From Shigella phage Sf12, in sequence record MF158039: a DNA stretch of 47,647 nt; one strand, 5' to 3'. Below are positions 27,151 through 36,237 of the stretch, in pieces (position 1 is the first letter of the stretch; each line of letters opens with the position of its first letter). The notes under the pieces are model-generated. The model did not search any database, had not been told where the DNA came from, and saw only the letters and a program-made list of their open reading frames with translations. A program made the translations under genes and the position numbers.

Positions 27151-27498
27151 CTGCATCGAGGTAAAAACTTCTACAAACTGCATTGATACAGTCTGCACTT
27201 CCCTAGTGTTTGGTGTGACACTGATGCTGTCTTGAGCCACAACAAACAACCTCAGCTCACCCTGCGGAGTTGTCCAGGCGAACGGGGTGATGATATGCGC
27301 AAAACAGAAGTCTAACACTTCCTTCCAGTTGGTGTTGGTGTAGGTCATGTTGTAAGTGCGCTTATTGGTTCTGTAACCTCCAGTACCAATTTGGGTGTAG
27401 CCATTACCGAATGAGACGCTTCTTACATTGCTTGCGTTGGTAAATGAGCCGCCGCCATTTTGAACCTGTGTACAAAAAGTAAAAGTATCTAATGCCAT
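27148..27498 (-). CDS. Minor tail protein (lambda gpM-like)
   Basis: Size, position between tape measure and L, N-terminal similarity as recalled. Confidence 0.6.
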   Translation of the reverse strand: MALDTFTFCTQVQNGGGSFTNASNVRSVSFGNGYTQIGTGGYRTNKRTYNMTYTNTNWKEVLDFCFAHIITPFAWTTPQGELRLFVVAQDSISVTPNTREVQTVSMQFVEVFTSMQ

Positions 27499-27529
27499 TT
27501 AAAATCCTTAGGGGCCGAAGCCCCATTTA

Positions 27530-30271
27530 TTAACTGTAACCGCGCAAGAACTGGTAAGCAGTCCCGCCCTGCTGGAAGGACTGAGTAATCTCTTCCGCGA
27601 TGATAACCCTGATACCAGATTCTAACTGTTTAGCGTCATTACCGCCACCGCCGCCAAGACCTGTCTGAACGGTAACATTCACTCCACCAACGTTAACGTT
27701 GCTTCCACCAACAAGTCCACCAGTCGCATAACCAGGACCAGAACCAACCACTCCGCCGTTGGCGTATCCGCGCATCAACTTGTACAGGTTGTCTACACCA
27801 ATCCTTGACGTTGCCTCCTTCGTAAAGACAAATTCACCACGATGCACTGTACCAGCTGGCTCGTACTTACCACCGTTTCCAGTGTAACCACCTGAAGCGA
27901 AACCAAATGCGCTACCAATGGAGCCAATAGCACCACCGCTACCGCCAAAACTAGAGATGGTTGACTCAATCGCCTTAATCAAAAGTAGCTGCGTTGCAAT
28001 GCGTGCAATCTGCTTCAAAATCGACGCTGTAAACTCGCGGAAGTTAGCCTCTCCAGTTGTTACCAAGTTTGTAATCTGATCAGTCAAGCCATTAAAGGCA
28101 CTCGTTGCCAATTCAGCTCCAATCTGATTGAAATTTGCCAATTCATCAGCTGTCTCGGCGAATGCTGACCTAACGCCAGCCAGCCAGTTACCACGTAATG
28201 CATCTTCCTGATTGTAGAAATTCTGACGAGCCTGAAGTAGCGCCTGAAAGTCAGTATCGTCTACTGAGCCACCTCGATTAACTTGCTGCGCTGTTAATGC
28301 TGCAATTTCACGCTGCCTCTCCTGCTCCCTTCTTGAAAGTCCAGCTCCAAGTGAAAGCGCTTCAGTCTGGGCGTTAATCTGATTGGTCTTCCTGATGTTT
28401 TCATCAAGTAATTTGTTTGCAGCTTCCTGCTGCTGAATCTGGTCACCTAGAATCGCAGACTTCTCACGCTCTGCAAGAATGATATCTCTCTTGGCGAACA
28501 ATTCACGCTGCGCTGCATTTGCAGTGCCTGCGTTAATTCTTTCCTCGATAACTGCAAACCTCGCCTGTTCATCAATTAGCTGCTTGCGCTGCTGACTGAG
28601 AGTTCTTCCTACCAGTTCCTGATCTTTAAGTACCCTGAGTTGAGCCTCCAGTGCTATCACTCCAGCTTCCGCGTCCTGGGTTAAGTCTCTTTGTTGTCTT
28701 GGCTGCCTTTCTGTGGTCCTCCTCCCATTTCTTGGTTTGTTTGCTTCGGCTAGTTCCTCCTTCCTGATTTCAACAATCCTATTGGCTTGTCTAATTGCCT
28801 CGGCATTACCGCTCAGCCTAATCTTGTTTAGCTGGCTTTCCGCTTGCTGTAATGCTCTAGTCGCACCAGCAACTCTATCAGTAGCGAAGTACTCCTTGTC
28901 GATTGCTGCTACAGTCTCAGCTCTTTCCCTCGCACCTTCACGAAGTGCGTTGTTTAGATCCGTTGCTGTTATCGCTATATCATCAATTGATCGCTGAACC
29001 CTTGCGTTGTTACTGACCTGTGAGTTACCAAGCTGCTGTAAAACTCTAGTTAGAAAACCAACCTCTGTTGCTGCCTGCTTGTAGCTATCAGCAATCCCTG
29101 CGACTTGAGCTTTGTGTTCTGCAATCTTTGCGTTAACTGCGGTGAAGTTTGAAGCATCCTTATACTGATCAACAAGCTCCCTCGCCTCTTCATAGCTCAA
29201 ACCAACATCAATAAGAGCAAGTTCAGCTTCTAAAGCGCCATCTGTAGTTGATACGAATGCTTGTGCAATTGACTCAGCAGACTTGCCTGTCTCCTCCGCG
29301 AGATCAGCGACCAGCTGACCAAGCCTTGATGCGGAATCACCAGTCAGGCCAAGTGATTTCTGAACTGCTGCCGTTCCTTCTTCCAGCCTCTTTTGTGAGT
29401 TGAATATTGATACGCCTAGCGTAGTAAATGCAATTGCAAGAACACCAAGAGAAGCCGTTACAGGGTTAATGTAACTAAGTAAGAACCTAAATGTGTTAGC
29501 GACACCTCCGAAGCTATCCTTAATCTGACCACCCTGCTGTATTGCAATAAGCCAAAGTGGTATGCCGCCAGCGATTGATGTCCCGATGTCTGTAATCTGC
29601 GCCGGAAGTTGTGCAATGGCATTTTTATATTGACCAGCGCTTAACCCTGATTTCCTGAACGCCTCGGCTTGACGACCTAGCGCTTCTACGTTAGCGTTCG
29701 TCCTTTGAGAAATTGATTGAATCAATGGTGCCGCCTGATCTGAAACACCAAGCTGGGCCGCTCTAAGTTCAAGAAGTTCTGTAGTTGTCCTTCCAGCTGC
29801 TAGCTCTTGCTGCCTGAGCGACTCAATGAACCTTTGACCAGCAGAGGCAAGCTTTTCTTTCTCTCTTGAGGCAGCTAGTGAAGCCCTACCTTCCTCAGTC
29901 AATGCGGCAGCACTTCTACGCAGTCTATTTTCCTGAGTCTCAAGAACCTCCCCAAGCCTGAAGAACTGCTCATCAGGAACTACACCAGCGGCAAACGCCT
30001 TATCTAAACCCTCCGCAGCTACACGCAACTTCTGTAGTTTTGAAGCCGTTGGGTCAATCGTCTGACTAAGCCTCTGAAAGGCTATCTGCTGTTCCTGCGT
30101 TGCCCTTGCGGTATCTCTGGCTATTGTCCTGGCAACTTGCTCAGCGTTAACAAACTTATCAACACCAGATGCCGCCTGTTCATTGGCACGTTTAAATTCT
30201 TGCAGGGACTTTGTGCCCTGTTCAACTTGGCGAACGTCAACGCCAAGTGTGATACCTGCAAATTCTGCCAT
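27530..30271 (-). CDS. Tail tape measure protein (start refined to Met 30271)
   Basis: About 910 aa, Ala/Gln-rich coiled-coil, Gly-rich C-terminus; follows G/T chaperones. Confidence 0.8.
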   Translation of the reverse strand: MAEFAGITLGVDVRQVEQGTKSLQEFKRANEQAASGVDKFVNAEQVARTIARDTARATQEQQIAFQRLSQTIDPTASKLQKLRVAAEGLDKAFAAGVVPDEQFFRLGEVLETQENRLRRSAAALTEEGRASLAASREKEKLASAGQRFIESLRQQELAAGRTTTELLELRAAQLGVSDQAAPLIQSISQRTNANVEALGRQAEAFRKSGLSAGQYKNAIAQLPAQITDIGTSIAGGIPLWLIAIQQGGQIKDSFGGVANTFRFLLSYINPVTASLGVLAIAFTTLGVSIFNSQKRLEEGTAAVQKSLGLTGDSASRLGQLVADLAEETGKSAESIAQAFVSTTDGALEAELALIDVGLSYEEARELVDQYKDASNFTAVNAKIAEHKAQVAGIADSYKQAATEVGFLTRVLQQLGNSQVSNNARVQRSIDDIAITATDLNNALREGARERAETVAAIDKEYFATDRVAGATRALQQAESQLNKIRLSGNAEAIRQANRIVEIRKEELAEANKPRNGRRTTERQPRQQRDLTQDAEAGVIALEAQLRVLKDQELVGRTLSQQRKQLIDEQARFAVIEERINAGTANAAQRELFAKRDIILAEREKSAILGDQIQQQEAANKLLDENIRKTNQINAQTEALSLGAGLSRREQERQREIAALTAQQVNRGGSVDDTDFQALLQARQNFYNQEDALRGNWLAGVRSAFAETADELANFNQIGAELATSAFNGLTDQITNLVTTGEANFREFTASILKQIARIATQLLLIKAIESTISSFGGSGGAIGSIGSAFGFASGGYTGNGGKYEPAGTVHRGEFVFTKEATSRIGVDNLYKLMRGYANGGVVGSGPGYATGGLVGGSNVNVGGVNVTVQTGLGGGGGNDAKQLESGIRVIIAEEITQSFQQGGTAYQFLRGYS

Positions 30272-30305
30272 GTAACCTCCATAAAAAAACCTCCACAAAG
30301 GGAGG

Positions 30306-30560
30306 TTATTTTTGCCTTACTTGCATCATCTCAAGTGCTTTGCACTCCAGTATTCGCAAGTCATTTAAAGTCATCTCTTTGTCCTTGACATTATACACAT
30401 CAAAGAGGAAAGGGAGTACTGAATAATCTATTCCGGTAGCGCCGTTCATACCTACACGCCATTGAGTTGAAGCAGCCTGATACACAGTCCATGCCAGCAT
30501 CATGTCATCATCGAAGTGTAGTTCTTCAGGCTCTTCATCTTCGTAATCGGAACGCCTCAT
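30306..30560 (-). CDS. Tail assembly chaperone T-like segment (probable -1 frameshift extension of G)
   Basis: Frame is open upstream into the end of G; frame offset consistent with -1 shift. Confidence 0.45.
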   Translation of the reverse strand: MRRSDYEDEEPEELHFDDDMMLAWTVYQAASTQWRVGMNGATGIDYSVLPFLFDVYNVKDKEMTLNDLRILECKALEMMQVRQK

Positions 30561-30622
30561 GCCAATTGCTTCAAGCTCGGATTCCGTTGGCTCTCTTTGG
30601 TATTGTAGATATACTGCGCGCT

Positions 30623-30937
30623 TTAGACCTTTGCGCGTTGGCCCGCCAGAGCTTGCATGTAAGCATTAGTCAGTGCAAGAACGGATGCGGGGAACAGGGA
30701 GACCAGTTCTTCGATGTTCTCGTCGTTAAATTCCTCTTCAAGGTTCCAGCCACTGCAAATCTCTTTCACAAAATCAAAGTCCTTAAGGCCTTCTGTCTGG
30801 AATACTTCCTGAATTTCTTTTGCCTTACGGTGTTTTGCGTTGAAGATAACCTCAGCTTCCTCGCCGTTGATCATCTGGAACTTAACTGGAAGCTTGAAAT
30901 CAGGGAGTGCGCCTAATTTTAATTTGAACTTAGCCAT
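30623..30937 (-). CDS. Tail assembly chaperone (lambda gpG-like)
   Basis: 104-aa acidic protein between major tail protein and tape measure. Confidence 0.55.
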   Translation of the reverse strand: MAKFKLKLGALPDFKLPVKFQMINGEEAEVIFNAKHRKAKEIQEVFQTEGLKDFDFVKEICSGWNLEEEFNDENIEELVSLFPASVLALTNAYMQALAGQRAKV

Positions 30938-30980
30938 TTAAATAATCCTCTCGTGTTTGTTTGAGTTGAAATTATAACAT

Positions 30981-31005
30981 AAAAAAAGCCCCTGTGAAGG
31001 GGCTT
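30981..31005 (-). terminator. Rho-independent terminator after the major tail protein gene
   Basis: aagccccttcacaggggctt then ttttttt on minus strand. Confidence 0.6.
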
Positions 31006-31010
31006 GATTA

Positions 31011-31661
31011 TTATGCTGGCAGGAAGCTGTAGCGTCCACGTACCGTAATTGCTACGGATACAGTTTCGATTTCGTTAACGCTTACGTTTGGAGTTTCGTT
31101 AAAAGCAACGGTACCAGTCCACAGGCGAACTTCGCTAGCCTTTGGTACATATGCACGAATCGCAGTAACCTTGCCACTCTCATCCAGTTCGCGAAGGATT
31201 GGGTAAATGGGGTTGTTGTATTCATGAGCAAAAGTATAGGTCGCGTTTACTGCAGACTTGTAAGTAGGAATCTGCTGTTCACGGTCATCGCTCAGGCACT
31301 GATAGGTAACGAACTGCTGCTCACCACCGTCAGTAGAAACATCCTGAATACAAGGCATTTCAAACCAGGTAAGAACCTTGGCGATAGTTGCCGTGCCGCC
31401 AGCTGGGAACTTCAGGGTTGAAGTGGTATCAATACCTTCAACGGTGATAGTTGTAGCGGTGGTAGACACCACGCGAAGCTGCTTGTCTGCCAGGTTAGAC
31501 CAGGTTGAAGATTCAACAACAACGAAATCGCCGGTAGCGAAGGTTGAAGCGTCAGCAACAGTCATGACCGGCTGAACTGCGTTGGTAATTGCTGTAACAT
31601 CTACTGCGTCAGAGCGTGAGCCCTCAATAAAAATTTGACTGCCATTTGCGAGGTGAGCCAT
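31011..31661 (-). CDS. Major tail protein
   Basis: Position upstream of G/T and tape measure; strong terminator downstream. Confidence 0.55.
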   Translation of the reverse strand: MAHLANGSQIFIEGSRSDAVDVTAITNAVQPVMTVADASTFATGDFVVVESSTWSNLADKQLRVVSTTATTITVEGIDTTSTLKFPAGGTATIAKVLTWFEMPCIQDVSTDGGEQQFVTYQCLSDDREQQIPTYKSAVNATYTFAHEYNNPIYPILRELDESGKVTAIRAYVPKASEVRLWTGTVAFNETPNVSVNEIETVSVAITVRGRYSFLPA

Positions 31662-31675
31662 GTAAATCTCCTTAA

Positions 31676-32062
31676 TTAGTCTAATCTTACGTAAAATCGG
31701 ACAGGAATGAACCAGCCGGACTGTGATTTCACTGGAGGAAATACAGAACCGCCTTCATAAATGTATCCGCTGTCAAGCATTGTACCATCGGCGAAAGCTT
31801 CTGACAATCGCCCAGCCAATTGGCGAGGCCTATCAGTTCCCTCGCCTGGTGAAAAGAATATAGAGACCTGAACCATGCCTACGTAATACCGGCATGTTCG
31901 CTGCAGCCCCCATGTCACACTATCAACCTCCGTGTAATCAAACTTCAGCCATGAACTTCCGTTTTTTGGCGGAGTGAATCCGCAGTTCTCATAAGATACT
32001 GGCAGCCCTCCTGCAATATCAACTGCAGCATCGCTAACCAGCTTTCTTGCTGCTACCATCAT
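31676..32062 (-). CDS. Tail terminator / completion protein (ORF 31676..32191, start refined)
   Basis: Position only. Confidence 0.4.
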   Translation of the reverse strand: MMVAARKLVSDAAVDIAGGLPVSYENCGFTPPKNGSSWLKFDYTEVDSVTWGLQRTCRYYVGMVQVSIFFSPGEGTDRPRQLAGRLSEAFADGTMLDSGYIYEGGSVFPPVKSQSGWFIPVRFYVRLD

Positions 32063-32063
32063 C

Positions 32064-32492
32064 TCATAGTGCACGTTTAGCCTCCTGTACCGCCTCAGCG
32101 AAATATCGACCAAGCCTCTTTTGGACAACACCAAGAACGCCAGAAGGTGCCTGATTGGATGAACCAAACTCAAGACCTTGCGCATAATCAAGGCGGTTGG
32201 TAATGTAAATTACGTTTGTATTGTTATCCCTGGCTAGTGCGTAGATTTGCCTGCGAAGAGAGTTTCGAGTCTCATTACCGTCAGGGTCGTAATTATTCAG
32301 TGACTGCGATGCTGGTGAGTTACCAGTAGCCTGCCAGTTACCTCTAAATCGACCAGTATCAACGGGAGATAGCTTAACGATGTCGTTGGCAGCCTTGGTT
32401 AATGTGCCTTCCACAATCAATTCTACACCCTCCGTGACTCCATCAATCCATGCGTTAATTGAGTTCCTAAAACTAACAACGTCATTAGCCAT
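32064..32492 (-). CDS. Head-tail joining protein (putative)
   Basis: Position only. Confidence 0.4.
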   Translation of the reverse strand: MANDVVSFRNSINAWIDGVTEGVELIVEGTLTKAANDIVKLSPVDTGRFRGNWQATGNSPASQSLNNYDPDGNETRNSLRRQIYALARDNNTNVIYITNRLDYAQGLEFGSSNQAPSGVLGVVQKRLGRYFAEAVQEAKRAL

Positions 32493-32862
32493 AAGTTGCA
32501 GCCCTCCTTAGTACTGGCCTGTAGGCGATTACCGTGCCAGTTGGCTTCACTGGTCGCGGGTCAATGACTGTGTAGGCCTCCTGGTCAATGTAGATTCGGT
32601 CGCCTTCCGATACAACTGAATCAGCAGTAAAAATTCCGCGACGGTCACCGAATTTAATGATGTCACCGTCAATGTCTCGCGCTTTGAATTCACGGATAAC
32701 ACCTCGCACTGTGTATGAAGTTCCAGGGGTGCGCACCTCGTAGCCATTCACGATAGAGATGGTTGGTTGAGTTGTAGCCTCGAAAACGCCATCACCATCT
32801 GACAGGAGGTTAATGCCAGCTTTAATTTGCTGTTGCAAAAGTGCGTGATTCATCGGCAGCAC
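32485..32862 (-). CDS. Head-tail connector / head completion protein (putative)
   Basis: Position only. Confidence 0.4.
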   Translation of the reverse strand: MLPMNHALLQQQIKAGINLLSDGDGVFEATTQPTISIVNGYEVRTPGTSYTVRGVIREFKARDIDGDIIKFGDRRGIFTADSVVSEGDRIYIDQEAYTVIDPRPVKPTGTVIAYRPVLRRAATYG

Positions 32863-33251
32863 CTCGACCCACCAGAAGTAATCAAACCCCAGCGGCCAAC
32901 TTTGCGACGCATTAAATCAATGTAAAGCTTACCCCATGAGGACGCCTCAAGGTTAGACGAGCTTGCAGCAGCTGTGCTTGTATCATAGCTAATAGTGTAC
33001 TCGCCTGAAAGGGAGTAGGACTTAACCCGGTCAGAGGATGTTTGGCTTGAATCATTCTCAGTCTTCAGTGCGATATCCTGGCTAAGCAAGTGAAGCGTGT
33101 AGAATGCCAATGCTGGAACCTGCTTGTCGCCAAACTTATCTAAGCAGATAAACAACTTGGCCACCTCAATCCATGCGTTAATAACATCATCAGGTTGATT
33201 GTTAAGGGGAGGGTAAAGCTGCCTCATATACGCAATTACTTCTTCATTCAT
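32850..33251 (-). CDS. Head-tail adaptor (putative)
   Basis: Position only. Confidence 0.4.
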   Translation of the reverse strand: MNEEVIAYMRQLYPPLNNQPDDVINAWIEVAKLFICLDKFGDKQVPALAFYTLHLLSQDIALKTENDSSQTSSDRVKSYSLSGEYTISYDTSTAAASSSNLEASSWGKLYIDLMRRKVGRWGLITSGGSRCCR

Positions 33252-33295
33252 GTGATATCTCCATACAATAAAGGACGCCGAAGCGCCCTTTTGGT

Positions 33296-33541
33296 TTATT
33301 TGTAGTCGCCGCCGTTCTCAGCTTCGTCAATGTTCTTTGCTTGTTTCTTGGTCTTAGCTTTCGCTTTAACTTCCTGCTCGATTTCTTTCGTTGCCTTATG
33401 GTCATCCTCAATCTCAAGCTTACCTTCAGCCACCAGAATCTTTAAGCCAACTGATAACTCTTCAACCTCAATGCAGTCACCTGGCAGATAATCTTTAGCT
33501 CCAAGACGGATAACACAAGCACCTTTATGTAACAGTTTCAT
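33296..33541 (-). CDS. Hypothetical head-module protein, about 81 aa (ORF 33296..33598, start refined)
   Basis: Consensus -10 TATAAT and conserved leader caatcgaaacaaaggaggaaagaATG upstream. Confidence 0.45.
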   Translation of the reverse strand: MKLLHKGACVIRLGAKDYLPGDCIEVEELSVGLKILVAEGKLEIEDDHKATKEIEQEVKAKAKTKKQAKNIDEAENGGDYK

Positions 33542-33568
33542 TCTTTCCTCCTTTGTTTCGATTGTTTG

Positions 33569-33633
33569 ATTATATAGCCATATAAACAAAAATACCACCC
33601 CGAAGGGTGGTAGGTGATCAGCAATAATTGCTA
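33569..33633 (-). promoter_or_regulatory. Composite junction: palindrome (33619..33633) right after the capsid-gene stop, terminator hairpin (33596..33611), then -10 TATAAT (complement of 33569..33574)
   Basis: gcgTAA-TAGCAATTATTGCTG; ccacccttcggggtgg plus T-run. Confidence 0.55.
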
Positions 33634-34620
33634 TTACGCGAAGGTGATACCCTTCATGACTGCCATCGTTAAAGGCCTATACACGATCAAACCAGTTGCC
33701 TTGGAGGTTACTGGTACGCGGAAATGTAAATCCTTCGGCTGAGCCGGTAGTGCGTTAGTAGCTTCCGGAATCTCGATGGCCATGTTGTTCGGGTCTTTCT
33801 CATAAGCGATAGCTGCAGAGGTGCCAGTGCCATTGTAATCATTCAGGTACTGAACGAACTCAACAGTTACGCCGCTGTTGTTCTGGCGGAAGAATTCACC
33901 ATAGCTAACAGAGGTGCCAGGAACCAGGTTCTGCATGATACGACGAGCGGTAGTAGGCAGAAGAAGGTGCGTAGCGCGGTGCTGACCATTAGTTGAAGTC
34001 TCGATAATATCCAGAAGGCTTGTAATGTCGCTTACCGCTGTGGTAGGTTGAGCCCATGAGCCACCGCTAACAACGTTGTTGATATTTGGGTAGTCGAACA
34101 CGCTAGGGATGCCGTGAACGGTAGAGCCGGACCATACCAGTTTATCAAGCAGCTTGTCGTGAGCTTCGAAAGCCAAGGACTGCTTGCGAGCAGACAGTGA
34201 CTGACCAGTAGCCTGACCAACTTTAATTTCATCAATAGAAATCAGGAACGCGTTACCGAAACGGAAAACTTTACCCTGACGTTCAGTTGCTAAAGCGTCA
34301 ACCAGTGGCAGGTCATCAGTGTAGTCAGCTACGATCTGAGCAATACCAACGCCATCAAATACCGGATACTCAAAGTACTTAGCATAGCCAGGGATTTCAT
34401 TGCTTACAGGGAACAGGTTTACTACGGAGTTCTGATCGTACTCAGTCTCGTAAGCTTTATTCAGGCTTGCAGTGAGTTGCTTCACAGTCCAGATACCAGC
34501 CGCGTCGGCTTTATCAACACCCATCGCGCGCAGGTGGTTAGTAATCTTTTCTTGCTCGAAAGCGTCAAGTTTGATAGTCATATTAAGATGCATCCTTTTG
34601 TTTATGAGTTTACGTGTCAA
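33634..34620 (-). CDS. Major capsid protein (putative)
   Basis: 328 aa, followed by strong terminator; position in head module; no motif-level proof. Confidence 0.5.
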   Translation of the reverse strand: MTRKLINKRMHLNMTIKLDAFEQEKITNHLRAMGVDKADAAGIWTVKQLTASLNKAYETEYDQNSVVNLFPVSNEIPGYAKYFEYPVFDGVGIAQIVADYTDDLPLVDALATERQGKVFRFGNAFLISIDEIKVGQATGQSLSARKQSLAFEAHDKLLDKLVWSGSTVHGIPSVFDYPNINNVVSGGSWAQPTTAVSDITSLLDIIETSTNGQHRATHLLLPTTARRIMQNLVPGTSVSYGEFFRQNNSGVTVEFVQYLNDYNGTGTSAAIAYEKDPNNMAIEIPEATNALPAQPKDLHFRVPVTSKATGLIVYRPLTMAVMKGITFA

Positions 34621-34680
34621 TTATACACGAGATTTTGATTGGAACAATAGGCGATTCCTTTCGCCTTTAACTTTAATCCA

Positions 34681-36156
34681 CTATGCGAGAGGTTCGCTTA
34701 AGTTTTCCACCTTATAAGCGTAAACGCCAGCCAAGGCATCGGATGAGTTCCTTATGCCAACTATTGTAAGCTTGAAGCATTTAGAGTCAGCTGTAGCTCC
34801 TGGTGATGTGGTTACGTAGTGCTCAGATGTGACTCCAAAAACTCCTGGCTTGAACACGCTATTCCAAAGAGCAGTCCCAGGAGGCATGCTTGTTACTATC
34901 GCTGTGTAGTTTTTCAACTTATCAGCTGCAACTGTAGTGAGTGAGTCAATCTGGTATGCAGTGTGCCTTATTGAAGCGATGTTTGATGTACCGGTATTAC
35001 TAACACCAACCCACAGCCCCTTAGCGGCAACTGTCGCATTCTTCTCTCCGGTAAGAGCGAACCTTATTGTTGTCTCTCCAGGTATATCTATAAAGTCAGT
35101 ATCCGTCTGATTGATCAACCCTGACCTTACGCCTGAAGCTACGTTATAAGAGGCTGGACCAGCCACCCCCTGTAAGCCCTGAGGTCCCGTAGGGCCCTGC
35201 AATCCACGCTCACCCTGCGGGCCTGCCGGGCCTTGTGGTCCAACTGCACCAGCTACACCTTGTAAGCCTTGCGGGCCAGCTGGGCCTTGCTCACCTTGCA
35301 GGCCCCTCTCGCCTTGTGGGCCTTGAATACCTGCCGGACCTGTCGGGCCAGTTGGGCCTGCTGGACCAGCGGAACCCTGTGGGCCTGGAGCACCCTGTGC
35401 GGCCAGTAACTCCCAGGAATCGCTAACATCTGGATTTTCTCCGGTCACGGCGGCGGTAGCAAACCAGCTTGAGTTATTGAATGTAACAACGTCATCTTTA
35501 ACGTAAGCTGTCGCTGCGTCGTACATCCCGCGGAATGTTAAGCCTGCCGGACCAACTGGGCCCGCATCACCTTTATCACCTTTAGGGCCAGCAGGACCTG
35601 CTGCGCCAGTTGCACCGATAGGGCCTTGCGGACCAGCCTCGCCAGTTTCACCTTGAGGACCTTGCGGGCCTACGGGGCCAGCTGGACCAGTTTCGCCTTT
35701 AGCACCTGCCGCGCCTGCCGGGCCGGTAGCACCTGTTGGGCCTTGAGGACCCTGTGGACCAATAGCTCCTGCCGGGCCCGCTGGACCCTGTGGACCAACC
35801 GGACCTTGTGGGCCTGCTTCACCTGAGCCTCCTTCTTCATCACTTACAAAATCACCTTTCGCCAGCGCTGAAAGATAAGCACCATCTTCGAAGTGGGCAT
35901 TGCCAAACCTGCGCCAGCCCTGGGCTAGATATCTGTTAACCCTGTTAACTAATCCCTGAATTGTGGTATCGGATGTCACCATGAAGTCTTCAACGTTGTT
36001 TGCTGTTCCCTTCGCCATCTTCATGCCAAAGAGGGTGCCGCTCAGCATCTGCACGTCGCCATATGGCTGGAATCCTGATGAAATCATCATTTTTACGTTT
36101 CTGGCTAAGATTTCAGGTGAATTCCCTACTGCCATAGCAATTTCTGTGTAAGCCAT
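34681..36156 (-). CDS. Collagen-like triple-helix repeat protein (fiber-like structural protein)
   Basis: Two long Gly-X-Y tracts, e.g. [34 protein letters not shown]. Confidence 0.8.
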   Translation of the reverse strand: MAYTEIAMAVGNSPEILARNVKMMISSGFQPYGDVQMLSGTLFGMKMAKGTANNVEDFMVTSDTTIQGLVNRVNRYLAQGWRRFGNAHFEDGAYLSALAKGDFVSDEEGGSGEAGPQGPVGPQGPAGPAGAIGPQGPQGPTGATGPAGAAGAKGETGPAGPVGPQGPQGETGEAGPQGPIGATGAAGPAGPKGDKGDAGPVGPAGLTFRGMYDAATAYVKDDVVTFNNSSWFATAAVTGENPDVSDSWELLAAQGAPGPQGSAGPAGPTGPTGPAGIQGPQGERGLQGEQGPAGPQGLQGVAGAVGPQGPAGPQGERGLQGPTGPQGLQGVAGPASYNVASGVRSGLINQTDTDFIDIPGETTIRFALTGEKNATVAAKGLWVGVSNTGTSNIASIRHTAYQIDSLTTVAADKLKNYTAIVTSMPPGTALWNSVFKPGVFGVTSEHYVTTSPGATADSKCFKLTIVGIRNSSDALAGVYAYKVENLSEPLA

Positions 36157-36210
36157 CTCTATCTCCTGATTGGTTAATAATCATTGACAGTCTAACAGAA
36201 AACCAGCAAT

Positions 36211-36232
36211 AAAAAACCTCCCAAAGGAGGTT
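36211..36232 (-). terminator. Rho-independent terminator
   Basis: aacctcctttgggaggtt then tttttt on minus strand. Confidence 0.6.
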
Positions 36233-36237
36233 TGATA

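Noticed and set aside
28713-28997. Plus-strand ORF 28713..28997 inside the tape-measure gene
   Set aside because: Antisense ORF inside a long coding region
30600-30650. Canonical lambda-type slippery heptamer (GGGAAAG-like) at the G/T junction
   Set aside because: No X-XXY-YYZ heptamer is present in the overlap, so programmed frameshifting is unproven
35235-35826. Plus-strand ORFs 35235..35426 and 35626..35826
   Set aside because: Antisense translation of the GC-rich collagen-repeat region
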